24,997 nucleotides of DNA from contig JBBRXO010000031.1 in the NCBI GenBank assembly GCA_038248345.1, positions 1 through 24,997 of the forward strand, in the 5' to 3' direction. The translations under genes and the position numbers were made by a program. The stretch's first letter is position 1. Each line of letters begins with the position of its first letter. Below, in pieces: positions 17,101 to 24,997 of the stretch. The notes under the pieces were generated by a model, which had not been told where the DNA came from, did no database searches, and worked only from the letters and a program-made list of their open reading frames with translations. The DNA is from Armatimonadota bacterium. Lineage in GTDB: Bacteria; Armatimonadota; Hebobacteria; CAIYQO01.

Positions 17101-17882
17101 TCGGCGGCGGACAGGATGCGCGCGTGTGGGAAGTAGTCGGGCTGGACACGATCAAAGATCTTCCCGGCGCTACGTACGTGCACACACCGGAACTTGCCCA
17201 GAAGGCCGAACAGGCGCAGCGCGAGTATCGCCTGGCCATGTCCGCCGCTAGCCAGATCGTGATTGGCAATGACATCGCGACGACGAAATCCGTCGAGAAG
17301 GAGTTAGAGGTCGGACGCGCATTCAAGGTGAAGGTGGCCCGTGATAACAAAAACATCATTCTCGATTACGAAGTCAATTCTGACACCCAGCTGGTCAACG
17401 CGGTGCCTGATCCCAAGTTACTCTTCAAAGGTGGCAACTGCCTGGACGTACAACTGGAGAATAATCTCGGTGAAGCCGTGCGCGTGCTAATTACGCAGTA
17501 CCAGGGTAAGCCCTTCGCGACGGTCTACTTCCCGAAGGTCAAGGACTTCAAAGGTGAGCCGACGGTCTTCAATTCGCCAACGGGTAAGGAGAGCTTCGAC
17601 GAAATCAGTTTCCTGGACAACATTGCATTGACGACGGAAAAGACCGAAAAAGGTTTTCACGCTCGGGTGGCGATCCCGCTGGATGCCTTGCGGCTGGAAC
17701 TAAAACCGGGGCAAAAGGTAAAGATGGATCTCGGTTACATTTTCGGCAACTCACTGGGGGTCGGCAAGGCCGTCCGCCGCGCCTACCTCTACAATAACAG
17801 CTTCTCAGCGAATGTCGTCGACGATATTCCGAATGAGAGTCGGCTGGAGCCCAAAGAGTGGGGCGAGGCAGTAGTGAAGTAA
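14133..17882 (+). CDS. Secreted protein: CBM9-like domain, FlgD-type Ig domain, NHL/SMP-30-like beta-propeller region, C-terminal CBM9-like domain (paralog A)
   Basis: ORF track starts at 14070; ATG 14133 follows GGAGGATAGGG and precedes a signal peptide ending SYA. Motifs VVIDGKLNDW, YDADALYL, YTFEYRIPW; ERWDGCDDNGNLLSAGTYTW (FlgD-Ig); YLRSIGKLGG...PGGITIDKTGQLWV (NHL). Confidence 0.8.
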   Translation: MGSHHANAMLHLIIACILLVGLGLPSYANDNGRGRHKQLYAVPTPGKVVIDGKLNDWELSGQIEMFVIEATRGTMNAKFAVMYDADALYLGADVNDPSPMMNMRDPRTDPGQGWNADSCQFRLSTDPKVGYPILDESTFKYGATNAPKDTRDDIVHLTLWNYTETGESQLAMSLGMTYREPANAPRTLVPQDQFQAKYLKRADGTGYTFEYRIPWTTLNAKAPLKGDDVVAGTVQFNYSRPDGQMTAGGAAWAYDLQREAGFPFQSTNCWGKLIFSPTGKVDSKLVLAGVPPDRPLPLTFNYTLPEDTECTVQLFNEKNENVRMLVPQQVRMGGKNSERWDGCDDNGNLLSAGTYTWRGIYHAPIKAEYRFSVHNSGNPPYPTADGKGGWGADHGNPQAAVAFDDGVLLAWNASEYGWGIIRTDFTGQKQWGCNYDATHITTDGTTVFSAGGGGFTRSNTIQLMTLKESRPIQINGKDNIAAPAGGDEKTNGVTGLACDGKELFVSYQVRNLIARFNPKDGALLGTWNVPTPERLAVLADGRLAVISAGKALLLKDGKVDVTIGETLDDPQSVAVFDGQLFVANRGALMNVSVFDLGGKYLRSIGKLGGRPAIGRYDTQGIYMPGGITIDKTGQLWVAETTDSPKRFSVWNAKNGEFKKEFFGGSDYFAYGYIDPARTDEILVHNALWKVDWKNYQVTPETTVWRKTSPEMIPALGVGSYSASPKIITADNGRQYMYGNNYAHFSGVFYRDGDLFKPIMSKIFVGYDYIGPAGIPFMDNDRAKYPTGQYFWQDQNGDCCVQPGEVTSLKGTPFENFDVSWVFSDLTVLACGRLLKPVSMENGIPKYDLAKSEKYPVPVGYTAVPSEDGGIFTYTPAKGPSLVRYDKDGKMLWSYNDITNWQSALNMGVTGPGKLWGMTQCMGKGGDFLAFQSYFGPNHLFRTDGIYVGALLKDGRLLLNRGADEGQPEGQGGYFGKLKVAPGQPERYFAIGGGQDARVWEVVGLDTIKDLPGATYVHTPELAQKAEQAQREYRLAMSAASQIVIGNDIATTKSVEKELEVGRAFKVKVARDNKNIILDYEVNSDTQLVNAVPDPKLLFKGGNCLDVQLENNLGEAVRVLITQYQGKPFATVYFPKVKDFKGEPTVFNSPTGKESFDEISFLDNIALTTEKTEKGFHARVAIPLDALRLELKPGQKVKMDLGYIFGNSLGVGKAVRRAYLYNNSFSANVVDDIPNESRLEPKEWGEAVVK

Positions 17883-17937
17883 GAAGACGTGGCCTGGATA
17901 TGACAAACGCGGTCGTCGCCGCCCGTAATGTGTCCGC

Positions 17938-17978
17938 ATGTTCCCGCCGTTCCCTTACCCGGGTGACGGCGGCAACAT
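17938..17978 (+). other. Intergenic stem-loop (mRNA stability or weak terminator)
   Basis: ATGTTCCCGCCGT...ACGGCGGCAACAT inverted repeat with one mismatch and no U-tract. Confidence 0.4.
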
Positions 17979-18089
17979 CACCGACTGGAGCCAACTTTGG
18001 AATTCCTGGCCGAAGCCTTGGAACGTACATCTCACCGGCGTGTCGCGATATGATGCCAGATTGCTAAAATATCAGCTGGAGGATTTTCG

Positions 18090-21000
18090 ATGAAACACGA
18101 ATTACCATTGGTATTGACCATGTTGTTCATAGCGTGTGTCTTGCTAGCCGGGATGACGCTGCCAGCCGCTGCCCAGGGTGTTTATCACAATCAGCGGGTC
18201 TTTGTGGCGCCGTCTCCGGGCAAGGTTGTCATTGACGGCGATCTCAAGGACTGGGACTTGAGTGGTGAGATGCTCACTTACGTCACTGAAGCTTCGATGG
18301 AATATCAGAGCGCCCGGACGGCGTTTATGTTTGACGACGACGCCCTGTATATCTCGAGTCGTGTGGCCGATCCCACGCCGCTGCTCAACCAGGCTGACCC
18401 AGACGTGAACCCGGATTTCGGTTGGGACGGCGATGCGTTCCAATTGCGGCTGGCGCTCGACCCGGCCCTGGGCTATCCGTTGAAGATCGGCGGTTATGAC
18501 CGCAATCCCAGCGACATGCTGGTGCACATGACACTGTGGAATTACACTGGTAGCGGCAAGCCGGTTCTGCACCTCAAGTACGGCATGGATTACCACGACG
18601 CCCACGGCTACAGCAAAGGGGTGGTGCCCGCCGACAAGTTCAGCGCAGTGTACAATAAATGGGACGACGGCAAAGGCTTCACCTTCGAATACCGCATTCC
18701 CTGGACGACCCTGCACCCGGCGCGGCCGTTCAAGGGCGGTGACCTCAGCGCCGGCGCCATTCAGATTCAGTGGAGCGACGCCGCCGGCCTGCATTCCTAC
18801 GGCGGCGGCTGGGCCGTCGACCTGATGTCACGCGCGGGGTTCACCTATCAGTCGACCGAAAGTTGGGGCAAGATGATCTTCGCCGAGAAAGGCAATCTCC
18901 CAAAGGAATTGACCCAGCAGGGGCTGCCGCCGGTGCGCACGCTGCCGTTGGTGATGGGCTACGAAATTCCGAAGGAACAGGACACCTCTATTTCGCTTTT
19001 CAACAGTAAAGGTGATCTGGTGCGCAACGTCGTCGCGGCGCAGGCGCGCCCAGCCGGCAAAGTCATGGAACGCTGGGATGGCCTTGACAGCGCGGGCCGG
19101 GTGCTGCCACCCGGGGAATACACCTGGCAGGGGGTCTACCATGACCCGATCAGCTCCAAGTATGTGCTATCTGTGTCAAATGCTGGCAAACCGAGCTACA
19201 ACACGCCGGACGGCAAAGGCGCATGGGGCGGCGACTGGGGCAGCCCGACCGATATCTGCTTCGCGGGCGACCGCGGGTTGCTGGTGTGGGACGGATCGGA
19301 GGCCGGAACCGGCCTGATCGGCATCGATGCCAACGGAAACAAGCAGTGGGGTTACCGAATCGGCGGAACCTTCGTGGCTACCGACGGCGAGTGGGTGTTC
19401 ACCTATCTCGGCCCGGAAAAGCAGATCCGCGCCTACGGCGTGACTGACGGCAAGCAAATCAATTTCCGCCGCGGAGAACTCTGGGTTGAACACAACGACA
19501 AAGGGACACAAACGCTTTGCACCGGTCTCACCTGGATGGATGGCAAGCTCTACGTCGCCAATGCCGCCGCCAATGAGATCGTCGAATACGACGCGAAACA
19601 GGGGAAGATCCTGCGCCGGCTGACGGTGCCGGGGGCTGGTGATCTGGCGTCCGCTGGCAACGGCGTCCTGCTAGTCCTGGCCAACGGTGCCGTCCACAAA
19701 CTCACCGTCGCCGACGGTACGCTCACCCCCTTCATCACCACCCACTTGGAGCAGCCTTTTGCCCTTGCGGTGGCGGGCGACGGCAGCGTGTTTATCAGCA
19801 ACCGCGGCAAGCTCCACAACATCAGTCTTTTCAGCAAGGATGGCGCTTTCGTGCGCAGCATCGGCAAAGCTGGCAGTCGGCAGCTGGAGAATCCGTTGAC
19901 GACCGGTAATTTCAGCATTGCCCGTGCCGGCAAATGGGATCCGGACACGGTGCTTAACCCCGCCGGGTTGGCGGTGGACAGCAAGGGTCGGCTCTGGGTG
20001 ATGGAGCACGACTTCTCCCCCAAGCGTGTCAGCATCTGGGATCCCGCCACCGGCAAGCTGCTGGATGAGAAGTTCGGCCCCGCCTTCGTCTCTACCCCGA
20101 TCTGCATGGATCCCGCTGACCCGACCCGCGTCTACTGCCAGAACGTCGAATGGGAAGTGGATCTGGACAAAGGAACCTCAAAGCCCGCCGCCATCATGAT
20201 CGAGGCCACGCCGGACACCCCCTATTTCTGGCCGCATATGGTCAACAATATCGTCTTCACCGCCAAAAATGGGCGGCAATATATGCACGCCGCCGCCACC
20301 GGGCCGGGGGTGCATGGCCATTTTCTCTGGATCAGACGCGGCGATCAATTCGTGGCCGCCGCCGGCATCATCAATCCCGCGTCCAGCCTATCCTGGCGAA
20401 CCGGGGCGAAAGACTGGCAGGAGATAAATAAGATTCCGTGGCTGTTCTGGGAAGATCGCAACGGTGACGGCGTGATTCAGAAAGAGGAGACCCGCGAAAC
20501 CAATATGCGGGCCAACGGCGCGCACAGCACCGTCGACGCGGACCTGAACTTCTACGGTAGCAGCATGTATACCAAGCTATACTGGCAGCGGATCTCACCT
20601 GAAACCATCCAGGCCAACGGTGTCCCGCTCTACGATGACGCCTCCTTCCTGCAGGTGGACTACGGCAACGACGGCTACACCTCCGACCTATCGGTCAATC
20701 CCGCCGACGGATCTGTGCTGTTCTATGCCGGCTCGGACATTAAAAATATGGATCGCACCGAACTCTGGCCGCTCAGCTATTGGTCGAAAGACGGGAAGAT
20801 GCAGTGGCGCTACCGGGTCGGTAGCCGCTGGTACGACATGTATGAATTCCCCATCCCGAAGGCGGGCGAGCTGTGGGGCTGTACCAAAAATCTCGGCGTC
20901 ACCGACGGCATCACCGGCTACTCCTGTTACTTCGGCCAGTGCCAGTTGCTCACCACCGACGGCGTGCCGATCGGTACCGTCATGACCGATGGCCGCGCCG

Positions 21001-21905
21001 GCATAACGGGGGCGGACAACATCCAATGTGAGTGGTTTACAGGACAGCTCGTTAAACTCAAAAACGACCGCTGGTATCTTCTCGGTGGCGATCAGGACGG
21101 CCGCATGTTGGAAATCCTGGGGATGAACAGCCTCAAGCGCTTCGCGGGCAAACTTACGATTACCGAGGAGGAGTCCAAGGCTGCTGGCGATGCGCTGGCC
21201 GTCTGGTCGGCGCAAAAGGCCAAGGCCCAGTCCCTGGTGCTTGCCCGCAGCGGCAACGACACCCCCGACTGGACCAACCTACACGGCATCACGCTTGACG
21301 TGGATATCAAACGTGGTTTCACCGTCAAGGCGGCCTACACCGCCACCGACTTGCTGGTCCGCTATGAAGTCCGTTCCCCCTTTGAACTGGTCAACAGCAC
21401 GCCGGAAATCAACATGCTCTTCAAAGGTGGCAACTTGCTGGACATCCAACTCGCCACCGATCCGAATGCCGATCCTAAGCGTGACAAACCGGTACCCGGC
21501 GACCTGCGTGTGCTCGTCTCCCGCCGCGATGGCAAACCCGTGGCGGTGATCTATCGCACCAAAGTGGCGGACTTGAAGAGCGAACCGGTCGTCTTTACCT
21601 CGCCCACCGGTAAGGAAGTCATTGACCGCATCGTAGTTTGGGATGACGTGAAATTGACCTATGAGAAATTCGATGGCGGTTTCAACGCCACGGTCAGCCT
21701 GCCCTTAGGCAAGCTCGGACTCACTCCCAAGCCCGGTACTACCCAGCGACTGGACGTGGGCTACATCTTCGGCAACGAGACGGGCAACACCACCGCAACT
21801 CGCGTCTACTGGAGCAACCACAGTTTCTCCTCGGGCGTTACCCAGGACGTGCCCAACGAGGCGCGCCTCGAGCCGGCGCAGTGGGGAGAGGCAGTGGTGG
21901 AATGA
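18090..21905 (+). CDS. Secreted CBM9-like/FlgD-Ig/beta-propeller/CBM9-like protein (paralog B)
   Basis: 1271 aa, GGAGG SD, signal peptide ending AAA-Q. Colinear with paralog A: PGKVVIDGDLKDW, HMTLWNYT, FEYRIPWTTL, DGKGAWGGD, LFKGGNLLDIQL, NEARLEPAQWGEAVVE. Confidence 0.82.
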   Translation: MKHELPLVLTMLFIACVLLAGMTLPAAAQGVYHNQRVFVAPSPGKVVIDGDLKDWDLSGEMLTYVTEASMEYQSARTAFMFDDDALYISSRVADPTPLLNQADPDVNPDFGWDGDAFQLRLALDPALGYPLKIGGYDRNPSDMLVHMTLWNYTGSGKPVLHLKYGMDYHDAHGYSKGVVPADKFSAVYNKWDDGKGFTFEYRIPWTTLHPARPFKGGDLSAGAIQIQWSDAAGLHSYGGGWAVDLMSRAGFTYQSTESWGKMIFAEKGNLPKELTQQGLPPVRTLPLVMGYEIPKEQDTSISLFNSKGDLVRNVVAAQARPAGKVMERWDGLDSAGRVLPPGEYTWQGVYHDPISSKYVLSVSNAGKPSYNTPDGKGAWGGDWGSPTDICFAGDRGLLVWDGSEAGTGLIGIDANGNKQWGYRIGGTFVATDGEWVFTYLGPEKQIRAYGVTDGKQINFRRGELWVEHNDKGTQTLCTGLTWMDGKLYVANAAANEIVEYDAKQGKILRRLTVPGAGDLASAGNGVLLVLANGAVHKLTVADGTLTPFITTHLEQPFALAVAGDGSVFISNRGKLHNISLFSKDGAFVRSIGKAGSRQLENPLTTGNFSIARAGKWDPDTVLNPAGLAVDSKGRLWVMEHDFSPKRVSIWDPATGKLLDEKFGPAFVSTPICMDPADPTRVYCQNVEWEVDLDKGTSKPAAIMIEATPDTPYFWPHMVNNIVFTAKNGRQYMHAAATGPGVHGHFLWIRRGDQFVAAAGIINPASSLSWRTGAKDWQEINKIPWLFWEDRNGDGVIQKEETRETNMRANGAHSTVDADLNFYGSSMYTKLYWQRISPETIQANGVPLYDDASFLQVDYGNDGYTSDLSVNPADGSVLFYAGSDIKNMDRTELWPLSYWSKDGKMQWRYRVGSRWYDMYEFPIPKAGELWGCTKNLGVTDGITGYSCYFGQCQLLTTDGVPIGTVMTDGRAGITGADNIQCEWFTGQLVKLKNDRWYLLGGDQDGRMLEILGMNSLKRFAGKLTITEEESKAAGDALAVWSAQKAKAQSLVLARSGNDTPDWTNLHGITLDVDIKRGFTVKAAYTATDLLVRYEVRSPFELVNSTPEINMLFKGGNLLDIQLATDPNADPKRDKPVPGDLRVLVSRRDGKPVAVIYRTKVADLKSEPVVFTSPTGKEVIDRIVVWDDVKLTYEKFDGGFNATVSLPLGKLGLTPKPGTTQRLDVGYIFGNETGNTTATRVYWSNHSFSSGVTQDVPNEARLEPAQWGEAVVE

Positions 21906-21913
21906 AGTTCGCT

Positions 21914-22002
21914 TGTAGCGACGTTTCCAACGTGCGCCTCTACACCCACGTCGTAAACACAAATAATTTTGAAGATGGATTGAGTTGTGGGCGAAGCCCA
22001 CA
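21914..22002. repeat. REP-like palindromes in the intergenic spacer
   Basis: TGTAGCGACGTT-tcc-AACGTGCGCCTCTACA (21914-21944, begins with GTAG) and TGTGGGC-gaa-GCCCACA (21986-22002). Confidence 0.45.
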
Positions 22003-22018
22003 TTAGGAGCTAAACAAA

Positions 22019-24079
22019 ATGAACCGTTCTGAAACAATTCAAATCGGCAATGCGGCGCTTCAACTTGAAGTCAAAGATGGCCTTCTCAACAGTCTGGGCG
22101 CTGTCACGGTGAATGGGGTGCCGCTACGGAATCCAGGCACGCGTTTCCTGCCGTATTTCGACACTTTTGAGGGTGATATCTTCCGTCAATTCAGGTTCGA
22201 TGGCGTCGAGCAGCGCGGTGCGACCACGGTGCTGAGCACCACGGCGTTGAGCGACCCCGACACCCTATTCCGCGAACGTCGCGACTGTTCTGGCGATCTC
22301 TGCTTCCGTGCGGTGAGCTGGGACAGTCCAGCAAGTGAAGGGCGGTTCGATATCTGTTTCGAGCCGGCGTCTGCGGATATTGATGGTCGGGTTTTTACCG
22401 GTTTCCGCTACTGGTTCGAATATGACGGGGAATTGCCGATTCATCGGCTGGTTGACCGGCAGACTTGGGAAGTTGGAGGCAATCTTGATGATACCACCAT
22501 TTGCCTGCGCAATTGGCTGACGCCACCGCGAATGAAGATCGGGCGCGACACCACCTATTCCACCGTCGGGCTCGATAAATGGTCGACACTACTGCCCGGC
22601 AACCTCTGGGCACGCTGGTCGCTTTTGCCGGGGTTCGATATGCAGTATGGCGCGGCAGGTGTCATGGTGGCGTGGTTTGACCAGATCTCGCTCATCCGCA
22701 CCGTGGTGGAGAGCAATGCTGGCGAGGATAGCCTGCGGGTGCTCGACATGCATCTCTTCTCCCAAGCCAACAAGGTGAAGACAAACCCCAAGACCATATT
22801 GCATTGTCCCGACCGACTTGATGATGTCGATGCCCTCAACCTATGGACCCGTCTGCAGGATCGCGAACTCGAGCGCAACCAGGCGCAGTTCGGCATCCCC
22901 CAGGAGGAACCGCCCGCCATCACCTTTGCCCACAACGTCTGGCGTGATATCAATTTCGATACGACCTATGAGGACGTCATTGACGTCGCTGCGGAATTCG
23001 GCGGCGACTATGTCTTCATCGACGTGGTCTTCGAACAGGAGGAGGCTTATAACGAACAGCTCAATAAGCTCATCCCGCTCGAACAACAAAAGGGAACGAT
23101 TCTGGAAAAGCGCAATCAGCAGAATATGTGTTGCATCCTCGACTGGAAGGTCAACGACGTCTGGGGTGGCGAGGATGCGCTCAAGCGGCTTTGCGGCCGG
23201 GCCCAGGACAAAGGGGTTAAAATCCTCTCCTGGATGTCCACACATGCCTCGCCTAATAGCTTCCTCAATGACACCAATCGCCCCTTGAGCAAGGAACTCG
23301 GTAGGGGTGCGGCAGGGGTCTTTGCCGGGAAGGAATCCGGGCGGCATCCGGATACCGGCTATCCGGCGAGTTGCTGGACTTTTAACCTCAACACCCCGGT
23401 CACGGAATGGATGCGTGACCGCCTGCTGGGCGTGTGTGAACGTACCGGACTGGCGGGTTATTTATGGGACAGCTTCAGCAACCTGGGCTGGTGGCAAATT
23501 GATTATTCTCAGGGTACGTTGGCGCCGCAATTCTCTCAGATGGCGGGCTTGTATGCTGATTTGGCAAAAGCAGGGCTGTATATCCAGCCTGAGGCGCTGG
23601 TGGCTTTTAGCAATCATAGCTGTTGTGGCCTGCATGGAGGCAACATCTACGCGGATGACCTACTGGGCTACTCATATAACACAGTCATTGCACTTTGGTA
23701 CGGTGGTCAGGACGGTTACGACAATTATGAAAACCACATATTGCGTGGGGTTGCTCCGGTTGACATGCTCTTTCAGTGTCTCGCCCATAAGCGCGTGCCG
23801 TCGTTGAACTTTCACCTTGTTCCGCGGGCAGAATGGCACGCGCCCAGCGTGGCGGCGATCAAGGAACTGCTGGCGCTCTACAAGGCACAACGGCACCGCA
23901 TGATCCGCCGCACTGTGCTTAAGGACGGACTCGGGGTACGTTGGGACGGCGGCGACCGCTCGCTGCTTTTTGCCTTCCGAGATGGACCGGCGGAGCACGG
24001 CACAGTGGACGCGGTCACCGGAGAAAGCGCCACAGCAGTTCGCGCGAATGGGGTTTATCTGCTGCCGGTTTCAAAGTAA
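22019..24079 (+). CDS. Putative cytoplasmic glycoside hydrolase-like protein (N-terminal beta-sandwich plus TIM barrel), family unassigned
   Basis: 686 aa, AGGAG SD, no signal peptide. DVAAEFGGDYVFID, WGGEDALKRLCGRAQDKGVKILSW and NLNTPVTEWMRD...GLAGYLWDS resemble GH13/clan-D barrel strands with an Asp ending beta4. Confidence 0.6.
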   Translation: MNRSETIQIGNAALQLEVKDGLLNSLGAVTVNGVPLRNPGTRFLPYFDTFEGDIFRQFRFDGVEQRGATTVLSTTALSDPDTLFRERRDCSGDLCFRAVSWDSPASEGRFDICFEPASADIDGRVFTGFRYWFEYDGELPIHRLVDRQTWEVGGNLDDTTICLRNWLTPPRMKIGRDTTYSTVGLDKWSTLLPGNLWARWSLLPGFDMQYGAAGVMVAWFDQISLIRTVVESNAGEDSLRVLDMHLFSQANKVKTNPKTILHCPDRLDDVDALNLWTRLQDRELERNQAQFGIPQEEPPAITFAHNVWRDINFDTTYEDVIDVAAEFGGDYVFIDVVFEQEEAYNEQLNKLIPLEQQKGTILEKRNQQNMCCILDWKVNDVWGGEDALKRLCGRAQDKGVKILSWMSTHASPNSFLNDTNRPLSKELGRGAAGVFAGKESGRHPDTGYPASCWTFNLNTPVTEWMRDRLLGVCERTGLAGYLWDSFSNLGWWQIDYSQGTLAPQFSQMAGLYADLAKAGLYIQPEALVAFSNHSCCGLHGGNIYADDLLGYSYNTVIALWYGGQDGYDNYENHILRGVAPVDMLFQCLAHKRVPSLNFHLVPRAEWHAPSVAAIKELLALYKAQRHRMIRRTVLKDGLGVRWDGGDRSLLFAFRDGPAEHGTVDAVTGESATAVRANGVYLLPVSK

Positions 24080-24091
24080 AGAGATGTTGAA

Positions 24092-24115
24092 CATCACATC
24101 TTTTGATGTGCGATG
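24092..24115 (+). terminator. Possible terminator hairpin
   Basis: CATCACATC-tttt-GATGTGCGATG just after the stop codon. The stem is weak and there is no clear U-tract. Confidence 0.3.
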
Positions 24116-24121
24116 ATATGT

Positions 24122-24997
24122 AGACCCTGTCCCAACCTCTCCACCCCCGATATCAAGCGTGAGAGCTGAAAATATGTTGGGCTATACCGGCTAAAAAAGC
24201 TGGCATAGCCCATGTTAGATCGGTTATAATGTAGTTATCATGCATAATCACAACCGATCTATTACCATTGTTGCACAACAATTACCTCTCTGTCTACCCC
24301 TGCCGCACGTTAATGGGCCGGTAGAATTTACCGCGCATTGCGCGTTGCTGAATCGTATCGATTCCCTGCTTCAGGCTGGCTTGGAGAATGACTTTGTGCT
24401 CCTGTGCCTGCAGCACAAACAACGCCGACGCCCGATGAAGATCACAGAACAGGAAAATTATCAGCAGGTATCACGCCAGGCACTGCACTGTAATATCTTC
24501 CGACATCTATTTCAGGAAAGCTATCGGGTCTTCAGTTGTCACCTGGCGGAGAGCATGATATTACAACATTTTTGCCGGATAGGTGATTTTGAGGAGGCTA
24601 CCATCCCGGGGCGTAGCCAATTGCAACGTTACGAGCATTGGTTGCCAGAAGCGCAACTGCGCGGGCTGATTTCTTCCTTGATATTGCTGGCTCAAGCTGA
24701 AGATGCTCCGCAAAAATTGGGGCTACAGAAGCCTATCGACATGAATACCGCCTAGCTCGATAGCACCTGCGTGGAGACTAACGTGCATTATCCGGTGGAC
24801 TGGGTACTATTGCGTGACGCGGGGCGGACTCTTATCGAGGCAATCATCGTACTCCGCAAGCATGGCGTGAAACATCGAATGTCGGAGCCGAAGGTTTTCC
24901 TGAAAGATATGAACCAACTTTGTATCAAGATGACGCACGTGGGCAAGGGAGAGAAGGGCAAGGCGCACAGGTGGAATATGGGCACAGTTTGTTTATA
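24122..24997 (+). mobile_element. Insertion sequence (IS5/IS1182/ISNCY-like DDE), left part
   Basis: Transposase-like frame from 24240. Candidate left end AGACCCTGTCCCAAC at 24122. The right end is not in the window. Confidence 0.55.
24240..24997 (+). pseudogene. DDE transposase with in-frame amber stop at 24753-24755
   Basis: ESYRVFSCHLAESMILQHFCRI...IPGRSQLQRY (DUF772-like region). The same frame continues after TAG as LDSTCVETNVHYPVDWVLLRD, the D-x-T-x-x-E-T-N-x-H-Y-P-x-D motif carrying the first catalytic Asp. Confidence 0.8.

Noticed and set aside
17991..18025. TTGGAA motifs as inverted partners of the TTCCAAG repeats at 13757-13892, bracketing paralog A
   Set aside because: The matches are only 6-9 bp, too short to separate from chance.
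1131..23998. Numerous short overlapping ORFs in alternative frames
   Set aside because: They are nested in or antisense to long motif-bearing CDSs, as expected in GC-rich coding DNA, and show no recognisable motifs.
24753..24755. Genome-wide TAG recoding or pyrrolysine
   Set aside because: TAG ends the genes at 489 and 13684, each followed by a terminator, and no other long gene has an internal TAG.

Overview
Bacterial accessory region. It resembles a PVC-superphylum or Armatimonadota genome, but that is inferred only from protein architectures. It holds a + strand series of large, mostly signal-peptide-bearing modular proteins that probably act on glycans: a beta-propeller/LamG/beta-helix protein, a PQQ-propeller+HEAT+D-apionate-lactonase-like fusion, two alpha/beta hydrolases, two paralogous CBM9-like/FlgD-Ig/propeller proteins and a signal-less TIM-barrel glycoside-hydrolase-like protein. 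Gene debris lies between them: a frameshifted GH32-like C-terminal fragment, a pretoxin Hint domain with a truncated toxin tip, and an IS transposase with an internal amber stop. The most striking non-coding signal is a 74-bp element (sigma70 promoter plus a 28-bp inverted repeat at the predicted +1). It occurs in three near-identical copies (68/74 between neighbouring copies) in front of unrelated genes, with two degenerate copies upstream of a fourth gene. No rRNA, tRNA or CRISPR array was seen.
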